Part shown: piece by piece, positions 36,296-50,365 of the stretch
How positions within the stretch are numbered: the stretch's first letter is position 1
Layout of the letters: each line of letters begins with the position of its first letter
DNA from: Sphagnum compactum
Lineage: Eukaryota
Assembly: GCA_965153455.1 (NCBI GenBank)
Contig: OZ234494.1
Location: forward strand, 2,108,001 to 2,172,000
Length of the DNA: 64,000 nucleotides
Direction: 5' to 3'
Notes under the pieces: generated by a model
What the model was told of the DNA's origin: nothing
The model's database searches: none
What the model saw: the letters and a program-made list of their open reading frames with translations, nothing else
Position numbers and translations under genes: made by a program

Positions 36296-39200
36296 AACCC
36301 TGCAAAACTTTATTAATAAACACACCACAAATCCAGAAATGTACAAGGGAAAAAGAAAAATGAAAAGGATTAATTACAGGACGTGAAGTTAACACAAATT
36401 AGATGTCAAAATCTCTTTGTCTCAACAATCAACTGCTTGTATGAGGTCAGCCATGGTGATGGGGGGTGCATTTTGAAGGGGTGGAAGTCGAGAAGTACCT
36501 AAACCTACCGCTACTGCTCGACCTAAGATGAAAGATCCTTGGATCCTTTGTAATGTAATTGAGATTTTTTTACAAAGAAAAGTAACAAAAACAAAAGGAG
36601 GAGGGCCCTTTGTTCCTTTGAAGTTCCACATGGCATTGGCACAATCATGTAAAAACACATCAACTTGTTTGTCTAAACATCCAAACACCTCAATTGCTAA
36701 AGGGAGGAAATGATCAGTGGGGTGTCGGTTGTGATAGCTCCTTTTTTTGGCTTGAGCTACTTTAGAAGATACAAATCTTCAAGTTGCGCATGATCGATAA
36801 AATAAATATGCTCATGTTGGATCAGCAATGACGACATTGAGTAAGGTCTGAATTCCATCTTTGGTGAACATAATGTCAACTCATCAACAAGAGGAATGGA
36901 ACATGGTTGAAGGAAACTTGTGTAATTGTTTTCATCCCACATGGAAGCCGACATCTTGTGCAACAATAGCAAAAGTGTCGCAAATTGCATCATGGGTGCC
37001 CATGTGCTCATTGTTAAAGGCATGACATAAAAGGTGGACACCTATAACATCGATGGGATGTGTGCACATGCATCAAGGGCTATTTATAATTGAAGGATGT
37101 GAAATCCAAGTCATGTTCAAAGCACTATGGAAAAGGATGGGGAAGATAGTTGAAAGGTTGGGAAGGTTGGTCAAATTATAAGCCAAACGCCTGCCTCAGG
37201 GCTGGAACATGATAAAACTTGAACACAATGGATTTCAAATAACCTGTTGAAGAGCATGTTGGAAAGGGTATGATAATGCATGTCACAACCCCACTTTGGG
37301 CAAAGTGTGAGGAGGCAACTCACACTCCCAAAGTTGGAGACTTGGAGTCCTCCGGGACTCCCGAAAATTTAGAGCTCTATTGCAGGGGTCAAAACACCTC
37401 GCATTGAAGTGTTCTTTATATCAATGGAAAGGTCTTGAAAAGTAGATATCAAAAATGGCCTCGCATGGGCCATTTGAAGATCTGCAACATAAGTTATGAG
37501 CAAAAGAAAGGTCGGGAGTCAAACTGGCAACCACTAAAAGTCGGGAATCGACTTGATCCCGGTGTGTGCAGGTGAAGTGCAACACACCATTGGAAAGATC
37601 TCGAGGAGAGCTACAATTTTGGTTTAGACCTCACTCCAATCGGAGGTCGGAGCTGGGAGATATGAGCTCCCAAAGTCCTGGGAGTCCAAACCGGGACAGT
37701 TTCGGGACTCCTCCTTGGGAGTCCCGGGAAAAAATTTCATTCGGATGTAGCCTCAGCAGAGAGCTGCAGAGAATACTATATGGGGGAAGGTGGTGGCTTC
37801 CCCCGAGTCCGGGCCATGGTGAGTCAAGTGAGTCCAAGGTTGCCCGTGGCTTGTCCTAACACCAAAGTGACTCAGAAAGTGGTCTAACCAACTTGTGTTG
37901 GTTTTGATGCAGATTTGAGTAGGTGAAAAGCTTGTCACTCTTCCTAGTCCATCCCGAGGCTTCAACACGACCCTCTACCCCTTTTAGTGTTGAAAGCCGG
38001 GAGCGTGCCCTGAGTCCCTCCCTTTTCCGCAACTTGAACCAACTTAGTCCAACTTGGGACTAAGCAGGGACTTGGGAGCGCATCAGTGCAAGTGCTCTGA
38101 GATGAAATCTTGAAGTCGAACCATTTGTTGCCCAATGAGTTGTTCAAAAGGAGGAAGACATGTGCGTGTTGGGGACGGTAGGAAATTGCAAATTGCCTTG
38201 AGGTGTTGTTGGAAAGGGAAAATGTTTTTATCAATTCACATTAAGGCTTCAAGAAGGAAAGGACATTGATCGACCATAAACCTAGTAACTATGATGGAAG
38301 CTACAAGGGCCCAATTCCTTAAATAGGTTGTTGGGGCAATGGTGGTTGTTGGTATGAAGCCGATGCTGCCAAAAGTTATGGGGAAAGAGGTTTGTTTACG
38401 GGCTAAAGGTCCTTTTGGGCTATCAAAAGATCCTAAACTCAAAAGGCACTCAAACACCGGAAAAAGGGGAAAATCAAAGGAAGCAAGGGACTCTATGAAA
38501 GTGAAAGATGGAGGTGTGCATTGTAAAAGATATGATGGCTATTGCACGAAACAATAAGTTAGAATTCCAAAGGCTACCTAAACATCGCCCATTTTAAGAA
38601 GAAGATCAACATGTCGAACATCCTCCATTAAAACATTTTTGATGAAAAATGATGTGAAAGATGAAATAACCAATGGAACCCCCAAGACCCTAATTCCTTA
38701 TGATGGGGTGTTAAACAAGGATGGGGTGTCAAAGTTAGGTAACAAACCATAGGGGGACCATGCTGCACATTTCTAGGGTTGGATAGAAAGACCGATCTCG
38801 TGGAGTTCTGTTTGGAAGTGCTCATATGTAGATGATACAATTGAAGGGGGCTTATGATGTGAATGTCATTTGCAATAGATGGAAATAGACAAGAGGGGAA
38901 ATGCATAAATGTAGAACATATAGCTCTAAAATGAACTAAAACAAATAGTGCTCTTCTTTGACGAATCACCTTGACAAGTTCCCATGGCAAATGAAATGAC
39001 CGTGACCTCATTTTCATGATTATGGTGACTATAAAATAGGGGAGACTCAAATGCATAAAATGCACGAACAACAAGGATGAATTGTATTATGTCCCCACAT
39101 GCTGCACAAAGTTCTTAAAATATGACTCATTTAGACACTAAATTGAAGGCATTCACGTAAGCTGAAAAACCACCTAGTGAAGGTGAAGATCCAAAATGCA

Positions 39201-40700
39201 CCTAATACCATGGATCACATTTTCACATTCACCTTTGGTTGCAACTCCAAATTGGTTTGGGAAAAATGTGTTGCAAAAGCATTGTAAATTTGAAAACATA
39301 AAGTGTGACTTATGAGTTGATACAATGTTTCCCCCACGACAATGGGACGAACTCCACCTGAAGGCTTGGTCATGGCTAAGATATGAACCACTCCAAGGAT
39401 ATGTGCAATTTGACGTGGGATGTGACCTTGCACAATATGGGAACAAAGTTGAAAGAATTGTGGGAATCCAATTGCAAAATCTTTCGAATGAAAACAATTT
39501 CAAAGGTGTTCAAAAACTATCCCAAAAAGGTCGTTTGTAAATAAATGCAACATGTGTTGGAATACCAACTTGAAATAGTCAAATGAAAGTTCAAGGTTTT
39601 AGTCTCGTTCAGAGTCTTTTAGGAAAAGTGGGAAGAAGCCATCTGATTGAGGATGTAAATTAAAGAGAGCTGAGGTGGTGTTAGAAGATGTGGATGTAGG
39701 AGATAATGGTGCTAGAGCACGAATTGCTCAAAAGTATTCCTTTGCATGTCCAAGGACTAAACTATGGAGAATGTGTTTATGAACTGGAAGGCCGTGTTGG
39801 GGAGGAGGCATTAAGTTCAAACTTGTCGTTAAAGCTTGGGGCCGTAAAAAAATTCCTCTTACAGGTTTTCCTAGTTGCATGTTAGAAAATGTTTAAGTTG
39901 GATTTGCATTTCCCTATGCCATGTTGCCCCTCCATGAAGGGGTCGAATAAGATGCCATTGGGGTAACAAAAGGAACAAATTCCAAGCAACCACATTATAG
40001 GGGTCTTGTGCTAGTTTATCTAGTGGAAAACAAAATGTCATTTGTACATCACGCCAGAGAGTAATAGGGATGCAATTGTATAATCGAAGACGACAAAAAC
40101 CAAGGTGGAAAGACCTAAGGACATTTAATGTCGAAACCCGAGCCCATGCTAATGCAAGCAAGTTGGGAATAAGGGAAAGTATTGGGCCAGGATGGTCATG
40201 TAAGTTTAAATTATATGGATTGGATGTCTGATAAAAACGTTGGTGATGAATTAACCTTCGAAGAATAAATTAATGCCTACAAGCTGGGCAAGAGGTTATA
40301 GGTGGAGGTTGTAGGCATGTTGGAAAGGTGGGGGTAGGTTGGGGGGTTTGATCATGGACAATTGTAGGGGTTGATAAAATTGAAGGGGAAAAAACGGTCT
40401 TACATGTGCATTATTTAGGGGGATTGGGAAAATGTTGTGTTGGGGCTAATTCCACATTTACACGAAGGGCTAAGGGTTGGTAGGAGGATTTAGTGGGTGG
40501 TGTGTGGGTTGTTAAAATGGTATGGGGGGTTGGTAGGTAGTGCATGGTTTGCATAGGAAAGGTAGTGGAGAATGGGGTTGTGGTGGTGTGTGAAAAAACA
40601 AATGGGTGATGTGAACTACGAGGTTCAATGAGACATGATAAACTAAAGGACATGGGATGTTTTGTGCCCATAAGGAAAGAGGTTAATTAGGAATGTGATT
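36296..40700 (-). mobile_element. Decayed non-LTR retrotransposon of the RLE-encoding CRE-like group, interrupted by a solo LTR
   Basis: Ordered minus-strand fragments: C2H2 finger CPACRH..RRLIHHQ (about 40290); RT motifs LAMTKPSGGVRPIVVGE and QFGVATKGECENVIH (39170-39430); FPSIANDIHI (degenerate xADD, about 38870); G.IGF...IAPTTYL..WA (38236-38457); CCHC-like CAHP..GVHLLC...HDAICD; RLE-like RRVDI..D and FLPLAIEVFGCL (36420-37080). Many stops and frameshifts; 5' end approximate. Confidence 0.8.
37281..38085 (+). mobile_element. Solo LTR (about 805 bp) inserted in the non-LTR element
   Basis: TG...CA ends (TGTCACAACC...GCGCATCA); degenerate 5-bp TSD ATGCA/GTGCA; highly similar to 43004-43821. 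Confidence 0.85.
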
Positions 40701-43003
40701 GCAAATAGACCCCACTTTCTAAAAATTGCCTATTTCAACTCGACAATCCTATACCTACAGAATCAATCACACAAAACTAAGTAGATCAAGAGGAAAAATA
40801 GAAAAAACAGTGATAGACAAACAAATTATATTTCAAAGCACAGCTAAACCCTAACTTTGTTATAACTTTTGACACTATCATCTTTATTTTACTATGTTTG
40901 ACACGACCTATACACTTTTGAAAACTATTGTGCAAAGATTAGGGGCTCAAAAACTTCTAGTTTTTTAATGCTTTGGATTACCCAACTAAAGTAACACCCA
41001 ACTTCAATAATAAAAAAAACACCTTCGACTCAATCCTTTGTTAAAAAAGCGCCCTGTAAAACATACGATTGGTCAATAATTAGCCATTATTTATTCACAC
41101 GTTCACACCTACAACACATTTTTTGAAATCTTTTTCTTCTTTTTCCTTTGCTATTTCTTTAGGACTATGACAAAAACTTTAAAAAACCAAGATTGTGGAA
41201 AAATCATTCACTTTGTGGTAGAAACCCTTTATTGTGCTTAATTTGTAAGTACTAACCAGATTCTTGGTGACAAAAAACTTTATGGGCTTGACAGAAACAT
41301 AAAGGGAAAAAAAACCCCACCACAAAACAAAACTTTAAAAAAAAAAGTTACACAAAACCCACCCTCCCTTGGCCTTTTCACCTTCGTTGTTTGGTTGCAT
41401 GTTGATGTTGGTGTTGTTGTCATCACCATCCTCCTCCTTTATCCCATTAGTGTTTGCTTTCATATGTCATGCCGTGCCCCCAAAATCTAAAAACTAAACT
41501 TACAACCAATCTTATTCTAACCACAACTAGACTTACAACCATTCCACTTCTAATGAAAATTGGAATTGAACATGGGTCCTAGAACCCCCCTTTTTCTTGA
41601 ATGCCCCCACTACAATTTTTTCTCTTTTTTCCATCTTTACCTAACTTATTTTCTCCTCTTTTTATGCGATGCTCATTATTGAGCACAAAAAAACAATGGC
41701 AATACTAGCAACCAAGTTGTCGCCAACACTGCCATTGCCACTCATGCTCTAAGGACCCTGTGAACAACAAACCCCAACAAGTTCAATGGAGTCACTTGTA
41801 AAATATTACTAGAGGGTATTTCTTTTTTAGTTTACGGTCTTCTATTTTATTAGTTTATTAGTGGTATCATGATTGTTATGTTCTTATGACATGTGTTCTC
41901 TTACTTTTATTTGCCTTGTACTTCTTGTGAATGGGTTTTTGTCTCTGCCTATTTATTTCTTACACATGGTTTTTCTTTCTTTTTGACACAAGATTTGAGG
42001 TTGGCAACTATGCTAGTTGAGGTCCCAATCATAAAATGATTGCCAAGTTTTGATGGCAAGTGTTTACAACAAGGGCCCACCGTACATGAAAATCCTCAAA
42101 AAGGGGGAAGTGGTAAATCCGGTTTCTTACTTTGATGATCAAGGGGTAATTTTGTCACATTAAGGAATGCATCATGAATTATATCAATATATAGCGGCAT
42201 AGTATTTCCATTAGTGACTTACAACATGATATTATCACATGACATGGCATATGGGGTCTCTTGTGTGAACATGATAATGCAAATTTTTTTTGGGGTTAAA
42301 TTTGTGTTGTAACCAAAAAGATACATAAAAAATATTTAGCCAATTTTTGAAACAAGTTAAATATGATTTTTTTAATAAAAGAATCTTTCTATATTTTGGT
42401 TGACATGTTTGAACCATGTATAGAAATCTGAAAAGTGGTCTTAAAATTTGATCAAATTATGGCTATTACAAATTTCAAAACCACATTACTTTGTCACTTT
42501 TGTTTTTGGCTATATGTAGCCAAGAAAAAAAGAGTTGGCATTGGTGTTTTTTTTTTGGCAAAAATCCACCAATTTTTTTCCCCAAATATGGCCTTTAAGT
42601 AGGGAATTTTTATTTTAGAAATGTAAATTTGACTAATTTTGGGGAAAAAATGGGAAAAAATGGTTGGCATGATTCAAATTATGGTTTAGGGCGGTGGCTA
42701 GTACTTCTACCTTTCTAAGTTTTTTCTTCTATTATCTTTCTTTCTATTATCTTGTTTTTTTCCACCACTTTCTTTCCCCTTCATTTATTTTCCTCTATGT
42801 CCTTTTCAAATCTACATGTTAACACACAAGGCGCACTGCTACACTAGCCCCCTTTTCTCTCCCCTCTCTTGTCGATGTTTTCACGGCCCAATCAATGTGT
42901 TAAGCGAAAAATGAAAAGCCACCCACATGTCTGATGTCAAATGAAGAGCAAAGAATGTTAGTGTCAGTAAGTTTTAGGGTGTTGAACAATTGGTCAAAAC
43001 CAA

Positions 43004-43821
43004 TGACGCGCTCCCAAGTCCCTAGTTAGTCTCAAGTTGGGCTAACTTATTTCAAGTTGCAGAAAAGGGAGGGACTTGGGGCACGCTCCCAGCCTTCAGC
43101 ACTAAGAGGGGTAGAAGGTCGTGCTGAAGCCTCGGGATGGACTAGGAAGAGTGACAAGCTTTTCACCTACTCAAATCTGTATTAAAACCAACCACGAGTT
43201 GGTTAGACCACTTTCTGAGTCACTTTGGTGCTAGGACAAGCCACGGGCAACCTTGGACTCACTTGACTCACCACGGCCCGGACTCGGGGGAAGCCACCAC
43301 CTTCCCCTAGATAGTATTCTCTGCAGCTCTCCGCCGAGGCTACATCCGAATGGCACTTTTTCCCAAGACTCCCAAGGAGGAGTCCCGAAACTGTCTCGAT
43401 TTACACTCCCGGGACTTTGAGAGCTCATATCTCCCGGCTCATACCTTTGATTGGAGCGAGGTCTAAACCAAAGTTGTAGCTCTCCTCAAGATCGTTCCAA
43501 CGGTGTGTCGCACTTCACCTGCACACACCGGGATCAAGTCGATTCCCGACTTTTAGTGGTCGGGAGTCAAACTGCCAGTTTGACTCTCGGCCCTTCTTTT
43601 GCCCATAACTTAGGCTGCAGATGTCCAAATGGCCCATGCGAGGCCATTTTCGACATCTACACTTCAAGACCTTTCCATTGATATAAAGAACACCTCAATG
43701 CAAGGTGTTTTGACCCTTGCAATCGAGCTCTGAGTTTTCGGGAGTCCCGGAGGACTCCAAGTCCCCAACTTTGGGAGTGTGAGTTGCATCCTCATACTTG
43801 GCTCAAAGTGGGGTTGCGACA
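43004..43821 (-). mobile_element. Solo LTR (818 bp), same family as 37281-38085, opposite orientation
   Basis: TG...CA ends; perfect 5-bp TSD ACCAA at 42999-43003 and 43822-43826. Confidence 0.9.
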
Positions 43822-44712
43822 ACCAAAGCTCGAGCTAGTTGCGTCAATTGGGCATGGAGGAGGTTCAAGGTGTGAAATCAATCAAAGGTTGGGCACGGAA
43901 AGCTTCAAGGTGGGTTAAGTTAATCAAGGCCCAAAAGGTTAGTTAAGTTGTGTCATGGCATTAGCTAGGTTAGGGAACAATTTCCTATGGTCAGGGGTTG
44001 AGTCGTGGAGCATTAAACAAGGGCAACTTGGGGCAACTACTCAAACATTAGGAATGCGCATATTAAACACATGTTTTCCAAAAAAAAATTCTCAAACCCA
44101 ATGGTAAATTCAACCACAAGCATAATTATTTAGCTAACACCTAGTTATCAATAATATGTAAATTTCTGGAAGTGGGATATAATATGTTCTATTCAATGTA
44201 TTTCTAGCATGTTTTGTTGATACATATTTCCTCTCCTTATTGTGCATTTGATTTCATTGGTTTGCACATGTTTCATTTCATTTGCAATTTTTTATGTTTT
44301 TGCGTATGATAATATTAAAGTCTTAGAGAGCCAAGACTTGCAAGATGTTGTTTCACCCAATGTGAAGGTTCGGAAAAAATTTGATTGTAAAAATGGAAAG
44401 ATTTTTTTAATTAATTTTTCGAAAATTCGTCCATTTTTTGGTGATTATGAACAATGAACCATGTATAGGAGTACTCATAAACAAAACCCTAGATTCACAA
44501 TTTCAAAATATAACCCATCTATTAAATCAATAGGAAATATTGCTACATATGTCAATGAAAAATGTTTTAGTTCCTTTTCAAATGTCTTCTATCCATTTGT
44601 AATTGATAGTAGGGTTTAAATACTTAGACTTGATAAGCAGTAGGTTTTAGGTACTAAGACTTGATAAGCATTCCATTTCCCCTGCCACCTTGTTTGTTTT
44701 GGTTTTTTAAAC

Positions 44713-45571
44713 TATCGTAATCTTAACATTGGGTTCGCGACTAAATGTGGGATGCAAGGGCACATGAGGCCAAAAAAATGCGTTCAGGAGTGAAACACAT
44801 TATCACAAGTGGGGGAAAGTGCAAAAGACTAAGCCCAAAAGTGCACTCCCACTTTGGGAGTTGCATTCCTGTCGGAGTCCCAAATGTTCAGAACCTTAGT
44901 TGAAAAGGTAAATGGGGCACCCAAGATATCATTGGAAAGGTCTTGAAATGTAGATGCCTAAGGTGCCCTTGCATTGTCCATTTAAATTTGAAATGCATGA
45001 GTTATGATCAAAATAGCATAATCCCATTAAAGTAGGGGTCAAATCATCTCTAATTGGGGTGTGCAATACATTGTTAAAAAGATTTTTTTAAGGGCTAGAA
45101 GTTATTGCCTTTACATGTTTAAAAAAAACTTGATTTGAGAAAGATATGAGTGTCCCAAGTTTCGGGACAACAAGAGTCCAAGTTTTGAGAACTCCCACTT
45201 GGGAGTCTCAAGAAAAAATGTTGTTTGGATGTAACCCTCGTGGAGAGTCACAAAGTATAGTAAAAGGAGGGAGTGGTGCCTCCTTCCAAGGGTTGTGGGC
45301 CATGTAAAGTTTGTGCTTGAGGTTGTCCCTATTAAATCTGTCACACCATTTGCATTCAACTTACATTAATCGCCTTCTTTCCTTGGTTGTGCAAGTTGAT
45401 TTCATCTTGAACTCTTGCTTGTGAGTTCATTCTAGTCCCATCCCAGAGCTATAGCACACCCTCCTACCTTCGAAATGTTGCGAGCTAAAGAATGTGCCCC
45501 AACTTTTTTTTTTCCGTTGTTTCACTTTCGGACCCACATTTGGGTTTCTTAAAGGATTTGGGGGTGTGTCA
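44713..45571 (+). mobile_element. Solo LTR (859 bp), related older family
   Basis: Perfect 5-bp TSD TAAAC at 44708-44712 and 45572-45576; ends TA(mutated TG)...TGTCA. Shares motifs ggaaaggtcttgaaa, tttcgggac and tctagtcccatccc with the other solo LTRs. Confidence 0.8.
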
Positions 45572-48500
45572 TAAACAAGTTTGGTGTATATAACTTGATT
45601 CTCTGGCAAAAATGGCTTAAATTTAGTTTAGTTTTATTGGTCAATTCTTTGAAACCTGATTGTGCAAATTTAAACCAATTAATCATGGTTGTTGGATTAA
45701 TCATTTTGGTTGTGGAAAATGTGAATTAGTCCTACAATGAGGTTTCATATTAAGAATTAAACCCTTTTTTTTTTGTCCACATTCATCTTCATTTTTTTAC
45801 TTAGTCAAGATTACATTTGGTATGATGATATTAAGATTAAAATCAATTTCACTATAATCATTCTCTTAAACATCTTTCTTTGAATGTTAATCTTTCATAC
45901 ATTCGTTAATTCCAATGTACTTATCATGAAACATGTTTTGACCAAAGTGTAAATTCATTTTCCTTGGTTTACACTTGTTAACATAAACTTTCTTGAAGCA
46001 TTGAACATGTTAAGGAAATTGCATATTGTAAATTGATGTCATGCAAAAAGTGGAGAATCAAGATGTGTGAACGTGTGAACCAACAATTTCCATGTGTTGT
46101 TTATGTCCAATGATAACATTTGATCATGACTGGTCGTACTTGATTCAAAGGGGCATGGGATAAGTTCAAAACTAGTTTGCTCCCTTCTTTTTATATTTTG
46201 TATTGTTGTCATCATGACTTTTCATTTTGTCCCCAATTTTTGTGAAACTAGGACCTAGTAATCCTAGTTTGATGTAGGTGGGTACTACCATATAGATAAT
46301 ATTATTTACATGTGTATTACATAGCTCCCCACACTTTTTCAACTATCATCATGCTTAATTCCATGTTGCTTAAACACGCATCATATTGATTAATGTACTT
46401 CACCGTTTACTTTTTGTTTTGAATTCATTTTTTTCCTTACACTCCATGATAAGAATTTGGAACTTACATTTAGAAACCATATGAGAAATTATAAATCCTT
46501 TTCAAGTACTAACAAACATGGTGTAAATTTATTTCCATGGTTATATTGTTTTATTAGTTTTAGTTTCAATTGCATCATACACTAGTATATTTTATTGAGT
46601 AACTTGCATCTATGTATCAAAATGTGGTGTATTGGAGTGGTTAACTTTAATATATTACAAACATATATTAGCAATGCATTAATGTACAATGCACCCCAAA
46701 CTTTAATTATCTTTAGTTTTTCTTACATGACATATTGTAATATTGTATTAAACACTTTGCATCTATGTATGAAAAGGTTCATTATTAATTTTATCAATGT
46801 ATTGGGTTACATGAATGTATTACTATATTAAATTACAACATGTATCATGTATTGTGAAGGCATTTTCATTTTATTTGTGTGCAACCTTAAAATGTGGATG
46901 TTTTGGGACAATTACAAACTTCTTATGATTCTATGTGCAACCTTATTATTAATATTTTACACAATTTAGCCCATTATCAACAAGATGCAACCCAATGTGA
47001 AAAAGTAAACATGTTGATATTGTATCTTTCATATCAACATGCATTGAAGTCTTTTGAAACTGAGTTGTTTACTTGAAAGATGGAGGTGGCTCTGATGTGC
47101 ATTAAAGTTTCACAAAACACAATACTTCAATGGGAAAATCAAAATGTTCAACAATTTGAAAAAACATCTTGGGATTGGATCCTACTCTAGGTTTTGACAC
47201 ATGTTCTCATCCAATCAACACATCTTGAAAAAAATTGCAGAATTACCTTTGTGCCAGATCATAAGTGAAATTATGTATGTTACATTACTTTAATTAGATA
47301 TTGCATCCCATCACCTACTACTAATCATGTTTATTTGTTTATGTAATTGCAAAGGCATAAATTGTACAAAAAATTTGTTTGGGCTTGAAATTCAAAAAAT
47401 CCCACCACCAATGCTTATGCAATTGTTAAAGTTCTATTTTTTTTTCATTATGGGAGGGGAGGAAGTCTCCTTATATGCCCCTTTGGTGGTTTGAAAGAGG
47501 AGAATATGCAAAAATGGATGTAATGTCCACCCCACACATGTAACTAAATGTCTCACCTTTTATTGTGACTATAATGTGTTAGTGTATCAATGTGTCAATG
47601 TACTTAGGTAGTTAATGTTTTAACGTGTCAACGTTTGAATGTTGTAGCATGTCAATGTTTTAATGTTGCATTGTGTGAATGTTGTAGTGTGTCAATGGTT
47701 TAGTGTTGTAATGTGTTAGTGTGGCAATGTATTGATGTATTAAAGTTGTGTGTCCCGCATGCAAAAAAAATAAAATTGTCGTGGATGCTTTCCAAGGGAA
47801 GGTTAATAAGTTTTTAGGTAGCCCATTACCAATTAGAATATCCATCATCTACATCAATAAATCTAATGTGAATGTGAAAAGAGAAGACATTAAAAATGAA
47901 ATTCAATTGGTTAGTTGCTTGTCAAATGTGTGCCTTAGAGGATGTGGCCTTCTTCAACTTGAATTCTTTCTATGTTTTATGACAGATTAAAGGTAATGAT
48001 AGATGGGAGGAATGCAAATACAATGCCTTTTATTAGCTCTTACATTGTTATGAAGTGTTGGACATCCAATGGGTCCCCTTAACTATTGGTGAGTCTTTTT
48101 CAATGTGCATATGTAAATAGAATTCTTTGATACATTACATTTATGGTCTTCAAAAATACTAACAACGGTTTGTGATTTTATAGATTGCCTTGCTATGTTG
48201 CATAATAAAATACTTGGAACTATTGAAGAAATGCAATCTAGGGTGGATATTGATAATTGAAGACAAGAAAGTACGACATAATGCATTTGAAAAAGTTGTT
48301 GGGCTTCAAATTCCAATGCCTTTGGATGTTGTACTATGGTTGTTCACTTAAGCCCAAACCCACGCATCTTTAAGCATGGGAAATTTGGCAAATGTAACAT
48401 GACAGTAATGTTTTAGATTTTGGACTGGAGATAACCATAGTGTTTGACTCCTAGAAGTATTTAGATTGGGAGCAAGCAATAAGGATTGTTGTTTTTAAAT

Positions 48501-48989
48501 GACCATAAGTTTAACTTGTATGTTTCTATAAATCTTCATGGTATTAGAGAAGGGATGTTGCTAACCATTGATAATTGCATGTGTGAATTCATCTTCGTAG
48601 TGATTGATCAATAATTCATTAGTCCAATTCATTTTCTTGTCTATGTAACATAGTTCTAGAATTGGGTAAGTAGTTGTTTATTGTGAGCAAAACTCCAAAT
48701 AGTATATTAGTCTATGAACCTATCAAAATAAGTTCAAATTGTTGATGACAATGGATATGGTCTTTCCAAATTCTAGCAAGTTTGTTGGGTCAATCAATTA
48801 ACATAATTAAAATATTTGTGTCATGAATGAACTTAAGAAAGAGAGTTTGCAACAAGGTGGCCCCAAGACTAGGGATGTCACTCCTAAACTTTTCATTTCT
48901 TTGCATTTTTCTTACGACACCATTGGCTATAATCAATCATTCATTTGATGTAGTTAATCAATCATCCAATGTAATCAATCACCCATCCA

Positions 48990-49440
48990 ATGTGAGGTTG
49001 TGCACCACAAGCTAGGCCATCTGAACTACAAAGACTTGAGCTTTCTATTTGAAAATGAGATGACAATGGGGATACTAATGAACTTACCTATCATTGAGGA
49101 TGTGTGTTGTGGCTACCAACTTAAGAAGCAAACTGAGAAACATTTCCCTAATAGCCGAAACCCAAGTAACAAGATTGAATGAGTTGGTACATTTTAATGT
49201 ATGCAACCCCTTTCTAGTCATGTTATTGGTTAAATCCATATTATTTGATGACCTTGGAAGATGATAAATCACAAAACTATGGGTCGTTTTTTAACAAAGA
49301 AAAGTGAAAGGATAAATTTTTTTATCATGAAATAATATGAATGGTACCTAGGGTTTAGGGTTTTTATCATGTAAGCAAAAGTTGAAAATCAAACTTGAAA
49401 ATTGTTTTGAATTTGATGGACCAAGAGGGAATATTTGTGA
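48990..49440 (+). pseudogene. Ty1/Copia pol fragment (GAG-pre-integrase and start of integrase core)
   Basis: HHKLGHLN...VCCGYQLKKQTEKHFP (cf. WH.RLGH..C..C..GKQ.R.F), followed after frameshifts by LNELVHFNVCNPF and TLEDDKS...FLTKKSE-like text. Confidence 0.7.
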
Positions 49441-50084
49441 ATTAGTTTGTACACATTTTTTTTGTTATTATTGTTATCATTATTATTTCTAATTTTACCC
49501 AAATTTTATTACTATTATTCCAGTACTAAAATAATAACATTAATTACAGTAACATTAATTATCTAATTTATAATTCCATAGTATTCATAAATTTTAATTG
49601 TCATTTGGAATTATTATTTAAAATTTTCACAGTAATTTTATTGTAATTAGACTAATTGGTTTAATTACTGTAATTAGAAAGTTGATGACATTATTTTAAT
49701 TACAAGAATTTAATTACTTTAATTAATGGATAATTATTATTAAGGTAACTTTGCTGAAGAGACTTCTGCTACCAAAGAGACTCTCGGCCCTGCCTGCCCT
49801 CCTCCCCCCAGTATCAGTGTTTTTTTCAGGAATTATTAACCGTGGCCAAAGTTGGGATCATCCATAGGAAGATGTAGCAAGAGGATGATAAACCCTAAGC
49901 AAATTTAGCCAAATCTGACTATAAACCAGAAATAAAGTAAAAATCTTTAATCGTACTTCTGTAAATGTTTTTACATGATGAAAACCAAATTATACAATTC
50001 TGGTGATTTTTGCACCCTAGGTTGTATTTTTTTTGTCATGTGCCCAGTTTTTGGCGATATTGTGTTTAGATTTATTATAGAGTA

Positions 50085-50365
50085 TAGTAGCTTAAGGGAT
50101 TTTGGCCCCTAGGTAATAACAGGTCTATTTCTATATGAGAATTTTTGAAAGATGGTATTTTGGCTTGTGTTGAAACTTGAGATTAGTTATAATAGAGTTA
50201 TAATATCTTGGAGGATTTTGGTTTCTTCCAGAGGATTTTTTTGAAGATTATATTTTTGCATGGTGAAATATTTGAGTTTCGATAATTCTTCTTCTTTTGC
50301 CTTAAGATACTTTTTCATGTAAATGGCAAGGCCACACTGTGACACACCCCTTGTTTTATTGGTGT
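50085..50365 (-). repeat. Dispersed repeat family A copy
   Basis: Reverse complement of 6940-7205. The spurious ORFs on both copies share LKYFTMQKYNLQK. Confidence 0.8.

Noticed and set aside
37566-37859. Duplicated small ORF (MSSQSPGS...VARGLS, also 43231..43428)
   Set aside because: The similarity reflects two copies of the same solo LTR, not a gene family.
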